64,000 nucleotides of DNA from Tagaea sp. (lineage in GTDB: Bacteria; Pseudomonadota; Alphaproteobacteria; CACIAM-22H2), in NCBI GenBank assembly GCA_965279525.1, contig CBDIIB010000005.1, forward strand, positions 704,001 through 768,000, written 5' to 3'. The notes beneath the pieces were generated by a model. It saw only the letters and a list, made by a program, of their open reading frames with translations. It ran no database searches and was not told where the DNA came from. Positions 30,699-39,300 of the stretch are shown in pieces (position 1 is the stretch's first letter; every line of letters starts with the position of its first letter). Made by a program: the position numbers and the translations under genes.

Positions 30699-32398
30699 AG
30701 CCCGAATTTTCCATGCGCGACCCTCAGCATCGTCAGCACGACCGTGGCCGAAGCGACGGTCATGACCAGCGACAGGGCGGCGATGAGTGGATAGGAGCCG
30801 CTCACATACTGCTCGAGCAGGAAGTAGCCGGCCGTAGGCGTATTGTGACTTGCGAGGATGACGGACGCCGTCAGGTCGCCGACCGCGAACACGAAGACGA
30901 CCACCCATCCGCTGATGATGCCGGGCAGCATCAGCGGTAGCGATATCCGGCGGACCGTACGTGTTCCGCTCGCACCCGACATCAGCGACGCTTCGATCAG
31001 CTCGTCGCGTACCTGCGAGACGGCCGCGCCTGCCGATATCGACGCCTGCGGCAGGTAGATTACGAAATATCCGATCAGCAAGATGAAGATGGTCCCGCCC
31101 AGCCAGATCGGTGGACCAGCGAATGAGACAAGCATCGAGACGGCGATGACGACATGCGGGAAGCCGGCAGGCAGCTTCATGGCAGCATCGAGAATCCGGA
31201 CGATCGAGAACCGCTTGCGTCGAGCCAGCATCGCCTGCAGGACGGCAAGCGCCATGCAGGCCGACGCCGTCACGACGGCAAGCGTAATGCTGTTGATCAT
31301 TGCCTGCTTAGCACCCGTCGTGTTCTGGACGAATATTTCGGCATAGGCGCGCAGCGTGAAGGTGCTGGGGCGGATTGCCGCCGTCCAGAAGCGCTGGAGC
31401 GACACGACAATCAAGCCCACGATCGGGAACACTGTTGCAATGAGAACGAACAGAACAATTATGGCCCGCGCCGGCCAGCGCCAGACTCCCAGCCTGACGA
31501 TGCCGGCGCCCGACCACTTTCCGCCGACGCCCGCATACCGCCCCGAGCGAAGAACCTTCGTCTGGATCAACCAGGCGAGCGCAAGCACGACGAGCATTAA
31601 TCCGCTTAGAACCAGAGCTGGTCCCGTACGCGGGGGATACGAACCGTTCAGCAGCTCGACGATACGCGTCGATAGCATATCGATGCGTGCGGTTCCGCCC
31701 AGCACGGATGGGATCGACACGATTGACATGCCGATGACGAGGATAAGGAATGCACTCGATACGAGTGCGGGCTTGATCATCGGCAGCGTGACGCGCCGTA
31801 ACGTCGATAGGGCCCCGGCGCCCGAAAGGCGTGATGCCTGTTCGAGCGCCGGATCGAGGTTGCGCAACGCGGCCGCGACGATGAGATAGACGAACGGGAT
31901 CAGTTCGAGCGCGTAGAGGCCGATGATCCCATACCAGCTGAAGATATTGAGCGGTCCCTGGCTCGCCCCGATGTCGAAAGCGGCGCGCATGCCAACATTC
32001 AGCGTTCCGGCGCGCGGTGATAGCAGGAAAACCCATCCGATCGCGATCGCGATTGGTGGCATTAGAATCGGGATAATCGGTAGGATTGCGGCGATCCATC
32101 CCATGCGGGCATCCGTCCGCTCGTTCAGCCAAGCGAAGAACGTGCCGACCAACAGCGCAATGATGCCACTCGCGCCGATCACAATCGTCGTATTGATTAG
32201 CGTCGTGCCGATCGAAGGGAGCTCGAGCGCTTCGATGATCGGGTTCGGCCCCGCATCGGCTCCTTGAAAGGCCAGCCGGAACAGCATGGATCCGAGCGGA
32301 AAGACAACGAGTGCCGCCGTGACGATAGCGACGATCCCGATGGCGACGAACTCGCTCCCCCGTACCCGCGCCTTCTGCCCGACGGTTGCGGTACTCAT
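30695..32398 (-). CDS. ABC transporter permease, FbpB/ThiP type
   Basis: Duplicated EAA loops LEQASRLSGA and LIEASLMSGA. Confidence 0.88.
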   Translation of the reverse strand: MSTATVGQKARVRGSEFVAIGIVAIVTAALVVFPLGSMLFRLAFQGADAGPNPIIEALELPSIGTTLINTTIVIGASGIIALLVGTFFAWLNERTDARMGWIAAILPIIPILMPPIAIAIGWVFLLSPRAGTLNVGMRAAFDIGASQGPLNIFSWYGIIGLYALELIPFVYLIVAAALRNLDPALEQASRLSGAGALSTLRRVTLPMIKPALVSSAFLILVIGMSIVSIPSVLGGTARIDMLSTRIVELLNGSYPPRTGPALVLSGLMLVVLALAWLIQTKVLRSGRYAGVGGKWSGAGIVRLGVWRWPARAIIVLFVLIATVFPIVGLIVVSLQRFWTAAIRPSTFTLRAYAEIFVQNTTGAKQAMINSITLAVVTASACMALAVLQAMLARRKRFSIVRILDAAMKLPAGFPHVVIAVSMLVSFAGPPIWLGGTIFILLIGYFVIYLPQASISAGAAVSQVRDELIEASLMSGASGTRTVRRISLPLMLPGIISGWVVVFVFAVGDLTASVILASHNTPTAGYFLLEQYVSGSYPLIAALSLVMTVASATVVLTMLRVAHGKFGL

Positions 32399-33630
32399 GC
32401 AACCGAGTCCTGCTTCGGGGCCGTCTCATCGAAAACCATGAGGTTCTCGGGCTCTATCGAGAGCCAGGCGAGCGAACCTTCCTGGACGTCCGCAGGACTT
32501 ATCAGCCAGACCCGCATGGAAGTTCCAGCGAGGTCCACCGCATACTCGAACAGCGTACCCAAAAACAGGATCGCACGGATCGTGACCTGCCACGTGTTCT
32601 GTCCGGCGGGCTGCTCGCGTGTGAGCCGGTAATGTTCGGGACGTCCAATGACCGTCACCGGACGCCCGACCATCGCGGCCGCTTCGCCTTCGGAGACCAG
32701 TGCGTGGATTGTCGCCTCCGGGGTGTGAATTTCGATTTGCCCCTGCTTGAATCCCGTAACGCAGCCCGCGCTCTCATTCACCGAGCCGAGGAAGCGAGCA
32801 ACATAGGCAGAATTTGGGCGACGGTAGAGATCAACCGGCGGCGCGAGCTGAACAATTCTACCCGCCGATAGGATCGCGATCCGATTCGCGAGAGCAAGCG
32901 CTTCGGACTGGTCATGCGTGATGTAGAGAGCCGAAAAGCCTATCAGCCGCTGCAGTTCGATGAGTTCGATCCTGAGCTGCGCGCGGACCGCCGCATCGAC
33001 ATTTGACATCGGCTCGTCAAAAAGGACGATCTTGCTTCCGGAAATCAGCGTCCGGGCCAGTGCGACCCGCTGCTGCTGACCACCGCTAATCTCTCCCGGG
33101 TGCTGGCCCGCAAGATGCCCGCAGCGGACACGCTCAAGCATCGAGGTCACCTGTGCCGTGACCGTCTCGTTTGGGATGTTCCTCGAACGGAGCGGATAGG
33201 CGACGTTCTCGAACACGGTCATGTGCGGCCACAGCGCATATGACTGAAAGAACATCGCTACGCCGCGCTGCTCGGGTGGCACATCAATGCCCTTCGCGAC
33301 GGAGAAGACCGTTCGACCGTCGAGCTCGATCTCCCCCTGATCCGGTGGCTCGAGCCCGGCGATCGCGCGCAGCAGCGTTGTCTTACCGCAACCGCTCGGA
33401 CCGAGAAGAACCATGAACTCGCCGGGCTTCACGTCCAACGAAACGCCGTTGACGGCCAATACTTCTTCGCCGTCGGCGCGTTCGTACCGCTTCACGATGC
33501 CTGAAAGACGGATAGTCGGAACGGCTCCCGAGGGATTGGTCGTATTGCGCCCTGAGTTGGCAGAGGTTGAATTCACGCTCAAAACTTGGCCTCTAACTTT
33601 TGAAACACCAGACAGCCAACGACCGCTCAA
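32395..33630 (-). CDS. ABC transporter ATP-binding protein, FbpC/PotA type
   Basis: GPSGCGKT, ISGGQQQR and FDEP motifs; start codon uncertain. Confidence 0.9.
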   Translation of the reverse strand: MSGRWLSGVSKVRGQVLSVNSTSANSGRNTTNPSGAVPTIRLSGIVKRYERADGEEVLAVNGVSLDVKPGEFMVLLGPSGCGKTTLLRAIAGLEPPDQGEIELDGRTVFSVAKGIDVPPEQRGVAMFFQSYALWPHMTVFENVAYPLRSRNIPNETVTAQVTSMLERVRCGHLAGQHPGEISGGQQQRVALARTLISGSKIVLFDEPMSNVDAAVRAQLRIELIELQRLIGFSALYITHDQSEALALANRIAILSAGRIVQLAPPVDLYRRPNSAYVARFLGSVNESAGCVTGFKQGQIEIHTPEATIHALVSEGEAAAMVGRPVTVIGRPEHYRLTREQPAGQNTWQVTIRAILFLGTLFEYAVDLAGTSMRVWLISPADVQEGSLAWLSIEPENLMVFDETAPKQDSVA

Positions 33631-34646
33631 CGGGACTGTATCAGGCCGTGAAGCTCCTTGACCTTCTCTGCCGAGACGAATTCAGGCAGCACATATCCTT
33701 CAGGCAGTTGCAGTGTGTCCGTGCCTGGGAGCATCGAGGCGCCGTCTTTCCCGTTGAAGATCTCTTGCCCTTCCTTGGTGAGCATGAAATTCATGAAAAG
33801 CCGCGCCGCCATCGGGTTCGGCGCCTTTGCGGAGACTGCCATGAAGATCTCGTTGCCCGTGGTCGTCGGCGGAATGATGTATTTTACAGGGGCGCCTGCG
33901 CTCACGATCGGTGGAACGAACGGTGACGGTGCCAACGGAACAATCGCATACTCACCGGCAGCAAGGCTCTGCAAGGCAGTTACGACGCTCTCATAGCTGC
34001 CCGGGTTCTGCTGGGCGAGCGCCTTGATATACTGGTCGCCATACTTGTCCTGCCACATTTTCAGGACCGTGTTGTAAAGCGGGCTTGCGTCCCACTTGGG
34101 AAACGTCATCTTCCCCTTGTAAGCGGGGCGCAAAAGATCCTCGAATTTTCTTGGGATCTCTCCATCTTTCAGTAGGTCGGTGTTGTAGGCGAACCCGTAA
34201 ATCTGCGCGATAATGATCGCTGTGCTTTCGAAGCGAAACGCATTCTTCGGCCACGCCGCAAGCGCAGGAACGTCCCGGTCGCTGACTTTCGCGAACGTGC
34301 CGTCCTTGGTGAGATTCTCGTAGACTTGCTCCGTCGAGATGCTGAGGAGGTCGGCGACGACCCGTCCCGATTGCCGCTCCGCCAAGTAACGCTGGGTCAT
34401 CACGCCAGTGGGTGCCCGATGCACCTGTACTTTCACGCCATAGCGTTTCTCGAAAGCGGAAACGACGCGGGTGTTCTGCTCCGGCCCGAGCGTCGAGTAC
34501 CAGACGACGGACCCTTCCTTCTTGGCTGCAGCCGCAAGTTCATCGATGCCGGCGGCAAGCGCTGGCTTCGCGGCGTTGGCACCGAAAAATGCGCCGAACG
34601 CAATCGTCAGCGCGGCAAGGAACGTTCCAGATTTTCTGTTTCCCAT
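33627..34646 (-). CDS. ABC transporter substrate-binding protein, Fe3+/thiamine family
   Basis: Signal peptide, AAKKEGSVVWYS and APNPMAARLF motifs; SD GGAGG. Confidence 0.87.
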   Translation of the reverse strand: MGNRKSGTFLAALTIAFGAFFGANAAKPALAAGIDELAAAAKKEGSVVWYSTLGPEQNTRVVSAFEKRYGVKVQVHRAPTGVMTQRYLAERQSGRVVADLLSISTEQVYENLTKDGTFAKVSDRDVPALAAWPKNAFRFESTAIIIAQIYGFAYNTDLLKDGEIPRKFEDLLRPAYKGKMTFPKWDASPLYNTVLKMWQDKYGDQYIKALAQQNPGSYESVVTALQSLAAGEYAIVPLAPSPFVPPIVSAGAPVKYIIPPTTTGNEIFMAVSAKAPNPMAARLFMNFMLTKEGQEIFNGKDGASMLPGTDTLQLPEGYVLPEFVSAEKVKELHGLIQSR

Positions 34647-34971
34647 GGGTGACCCTCCCTGATCCGACGCCGACAACGCCGGACATTGAATACGAAACGC
34701 CGCTTCTCTGACGCCTTCGAAGACGCCGAGGATGTTGTTGATTTGAAGCTACCGACCGTCACGTGTGCTTGCAACGCGCAACTGCAATATGTGTGTAGTT
34801 AATATATATGTATTTTGAGTCGACTGTATTGACTCACGGTATCGAGTTTCAATTTATACCGAATGAGAGATCGTTTACCCGCAATGACCGGCTCCAGAAG
34901 CTGCGGCCTGAGCCCAATTAGACCAACCACCATCCATTCTGACCGGCATCCTCGACCTGACTGAGTAACTT

Positions 34972-36357
34972 CTAAACTTTCCCGTCGCGATTAAGTTCAA
35001 TGGGCTCAATTGCTTTCAGGTCGTCGCCCGAAGTTATATTGCGCCGAATTTCGAAAGCTCCGAGGGCTACAACCGGATCGACATTTTCAAGGTTCTCGAA
35101 ATCGATGCGAGCAAACTCATCTCGCGTCGCGCGAACACTAAAGAGATAGTCATCGTGCTCAATACCCGTCGCTCGATCGATCCGCTGCGAATAGCCAGAT
35201 ACGACAATCGTTTGAGCACTTGGAACGGCAGAAAATGTACTGCCAAGGAGATGCAACCCCACGCCATGGACATGGCGAAGGTACTCAGCACGCAATTGCT
35301 TCTTTGACTTCCGCCTTATCGCGAGACCTTTTCTGGACGGTTCCGCATCAGCCAGTCGGATCGGTAAGTCTTCGATCTCCGGAAGGTCCACGTCCAAAAC
35401 GACAAAGCGGCCGTCATCTCGAACATCAAAAGACACAATGGTCTCTCGAGGCCACGATATTCCGTCCACGGCACTGCTTAGCACTTCCTCCATCAGCGAA
35501 ACGTCGCCATGGAGGCGTTTCTGCCATTCCTCGGCCAAGCGATCCTGCTCTATGGAATGCTCACTCTTACGGACTTCATATGCTGCAAGGTCAGCATGCC
35601 ACTTCTCAACTGCTGCCGCATGATTGGCAGCCGCCAACTCCTCATTCAATTCAAAATCTGAAACAGCTTTGGCATAAGCCGCCTCATCATCCCGAACAGC
35701 CTGCTCAAACGCACGACGCTTCCAAGGAAGTAACCTTGCAATAAAGCCAATCGAACGAGGCGCGGGTTGATCTGGCGAAAGTTGCCGCTCTGGTAGGAAT
35801 GGCTGATTGGGCGGTGATTCGTCAAAGACGGCACGCACATAAGTCGGGTGTATATCGGGCGGCGGCGTATCGAGATGGATATCGACAATCTGCCTGGTCT
35901 CGGAATTGATCTTGTCGGCCTGCTCACTTAACCAATCAAAAATACGCTCTCCTTGCTGCTCCCACATCAAGGCGATTTCCTTACGGGAAAGCGGCGTATT
36001 TCCTCTCGCCGTTAAGGAGAGAGTGCCGTCATCTTTCAGGCTCAGCTTACAATTGGCTAACTCTTCGGCACGCTTCCGAACTTCCCGAAGCTTTGCAGCT
36101 TCCTTTTCGGCACGAGCCAGCTCTCTTTCATAACGACGCTCCGCCCGCTCCAACTGGCTTGGCGACATGCGGTCCCCGCCAATTTTCTGGCGGAAAGAAA
36201 GTCCTGTCCCAGGGATTCCAACATTCGAATATACGCCGCGTTTGCTTACGCTAATGGACGCGCCGCGCGGACCGAGCGACCAACCTATGCCGCCAGACCC
36301 AACACTCATCCGGACACCAGGCAATAGCTTTATGCTTTTCCTAAATCGTAGCCCCAT
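34972..36357 (-). CDS. DUF4236 domain protein
   Basis: N-terminal MGLRFRKSIKLLPGVR...GIPGTGLSFR signature, coiled coil and conserved-looking C-terminal domain. Confidence 0.8.
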   Translation of the reverse strand: MGLRFRKSIKLLPGVRMSVGSGGIGWSLGPRGASISVSKRGVYSNVGIPGTGLSFRQKIGGDRMSPSQLERAERRYERELARAEKEAAKLREVRKRAEELANCKLSLKDDGTLSLTARGNTPLSRKEIALMWEQQGERIFDWLSEQADKINSETRQIVDIHLDTPPPDIHPTYVRAVFDESPPNQPFLPERQLSPDQPAPRSIGFIARLLPWKRRAFEQAVRDDEAAYAKAVSDFELNEELAAANHAAAVEKWHADLAAYEVRKSEHSIEQDRLAEEWQKRLHGDVSLMEEVLSSAVDGISWPRETIVSFDVRDDGRFVVLDVDLPEIEDLPIRLADAEPSRKGLAIRRKSKKQLRAEYLRHVHGVGLHLLGSTFSAVPSAQTIVVSGYSQRIDRATGIEHDDYLFSVRATRDEFARIDFENLENVDPVVALGAFEIRRNITSGDDLKAIEPIELNRDGKV

Positions 36358-36364
36358 ATCCTTC

Positions 36365-39300
36365 TCACGCCTTTAGAGCATTCTCAATTCGGTCCCGCGC
36401 CGCGGCACTCAACCGTCTGATACCGAAATATCTCGCAATCTCGATAGGTGCATCTCCGCCGGCACAGAGTTGCTGCGCCATCCGGATTTCCTCGGACGCG
36501 ATATCTTCAATCAGCCGAACAGATGAATCATCGAATGGCTTGCGCGCAATAGACCAAGCCGCCCACTGCGGCTCATTCAGCCAAGCAAACCGCCCTCCGA
36601 CAGGGTCCTTGCAAATGAAATGGCTGCGCCTTGCAATCTTTATAACTCTATCTCGAATGCGATCGCCGGATCGTTGGAAGCCGTGGGCTCGTGCTACTCG
36701 TTCAACCAAGACATCATCTCGCATAGGTGCCTCGCATTCCAATACGAACGCGATCAGCTTTACGAGGGTAGGCACATAGTCGGGGTCTTCGAACTTGTTT
36801 CGATCCAGAATCAGTTGACTGTCTTGCGCATTTGCTGGCCGAAATGTTCCCACGACGCCTTTAGTCGCCGATGCCGAAGCGCCCCGAGCAAAAAGCTCGC
36901 GCACAGGCTCCGCTTCAGTAACTTGTACTGCAGGTGCCTCTGGAACCCGATTATCTGGCAGTACTTCGATATTTGCATACACAGCCGTTGCCGCATCCGC
37001 AGCCGCCACTACGTTGGCCACTGACGCCTCGCGCTCACGTGACTCACTGAGTATTTGGTTGATCGCCTCGTGAGTCCTTGCCAGTGCCCCCTTTTTGTCG
37101 ATCCACCAATCAGTGGACCAGATTCGAACCAGCTTCCAACCGAGCTTCTCGAGAATTGCTGCCCTGATCTTGTCTCGATCGCGTGCCGTTGCTCCGCTGT
37201 GATACATGGCGCCGTCGCATTCCACGCCGACAAGATAGTCACCAAGCCGATCTGGATGAACAACGCCAAGATCAATTCTAAATCTGGAAACTCCAATCTG
37301 GGGGATAACTCGCCATCCGAGCGTCCCAAGTTCGGCTGCAACAGCCGCCTCGAAGGGCGACTCGTAGCCTCCGACAGAACCTCTCGTCGACGTAGCGAGC
37401 GCGCGTGGACCTCGCTCGGCGAACTCTATGAAATGCTTCAAGTCGGCAACTGCGCGAGCACTTGTTCGATGCAAATCGATCATTCCCGGGGAGAAGGATG
37501 TGAAAACGACCATCTCCTTCTTCGCGCGCGTAATGGCAACATTCAGCCGTCGCCATCCACCTTCACGGTTTAGAGGACCGAAGTGCATGGACATTGTATC
37601 TGAACCCTGCGTAGTCGGCCCAAAGCCTATACCGAGCAAAACAACATCTCGCTCATCGCCCTGGACTGTCTCAAGGTTCTTCACAACAACAGGCTCAGTA
37701 ATATCCTCGTCAAAAAATGGCTCTATCTCCGGATATCCTCGACGCGCCTTGTCGAGAAGGTCCTCCACCAGAGCCTGCTGCTGTGAGTTCAAGGTTACTA
37801 CGGCGATCGAATCTGCCGCTCCGCTCTTGGCCCCATCACGAAGTCGGCGGACGACCTCATCGACCATTGCCTGTGCCTCAACGGAGTTGGTCTGGCTTTT
37901 ACCCTTCGAATAGACCCCGTCAATCTTTCGCCAAGTAACGGCGCTTTTCTTGGTTATTGGCGCAGGGAATGTAACAAGGCTTCCCTCATAGTATCGATCG
38001 TTGGAGAATGCGATTAGGCTCTCATGCTGGCTTCGATAATGCCATGTCAGGCCAATCTGGGGCAGGCCAGCCGCTTTGCATTCGTCAAGAATGCTTTCCA
38101 TGTCTTCATCGATATCGTCATCAACTGAGCTTGCGCCTCGCGAGAAAAAGTTTGTTGGCGGCATCTGTCGATGATCGCCGGCAACAATAAGCTGCTTGCC
38201 TCGCGCGATGACGCCAATGGCGTCCCAAGGAGCGATCTGAGAGGCTTCATCGAAAATGATCAAGTCAAACAGCGTTTTATCAGGCGGGAGATACTGAGCC
38301 ACAGACAAAGGACTCATGAGCATGCATGGAGCCAAATGCGTGAATGCTGGCCCCATATCCGTGATCAGCTGCCGAATTGGCTTATGCCTACGTTGCAACT
38401 GGAGTTGATGCCTCAGCACGGCATATCCGCCGTCCTGTAAAGCATCATCCTTGCGAGGGATGCCTTTTGTCAGAACGGTTTTGATATATCGGACCGAGAG
38501 ATCTGACAATTTGTCGTCAAGCTTCCTGAAGTCTTCAATTTTTGCAAGGTGCTCTGCAGCAACGAAATTGCGAATGATCGGGTCGGCGTCGATCGTACGC
38601 GCTGCAAACCAGCGTGCATAAACGATTTCGAAAAGCTGAGATAAATCGCTTCCCGCCGAGAGTCCCGCTTTGGCCAAGTCGACTATGGGGCTCAACCCAA
38701 ACGACATCGCTTCATTGCTCGCACGCATCCAACTGCACCAGGCGTTTAATTGCGCCCGGCTTTCAACGATCGAAGATGCGAGCGTTGAGATGCTTCGGAT
38801 TTGATCGAGTGGAGAACCGCTCGATAGCGTCATCAAGCTGCTTGCGGCCGCAGACAAGCGGCTCAATGACAACTTGAGTGTCGTAAGCGACCTTTGAATT
38901 TTGCCGCCTTCGCCCAGCACGTCATTCGCATCAATGACCAGGCGTGACACCTTCTGCCGGATATCTGCGAGCTCATCGGGATTTCCAGCGAACTCAGAAA
39001 TGGTTTGCCGGAGCTTCAACCCCAGCTCGACTGCCTTACGCAATTGATTTGAATCACTATTCAGCTGAGCCCAGCCTGGCATTCCCGATAGATCCGCCGA
39101 AACAGCATCGAGCTCACTCAGGCTTCCTGCCAATACCTCAATGATTGGCAAATCTCGCTCAGGGTCAGGAGGAGTGGTGGTGCCACCATGAGCCTGCAGA
39201 GTTGCAGCTATCTTCTTCTTCGAAAAATGGGATAGCGGCCAGATTTTGGCTTTTGCTTCGTGCCATAGCCCAATTAGAGAGCGCCATTCAATTCGCCGAG

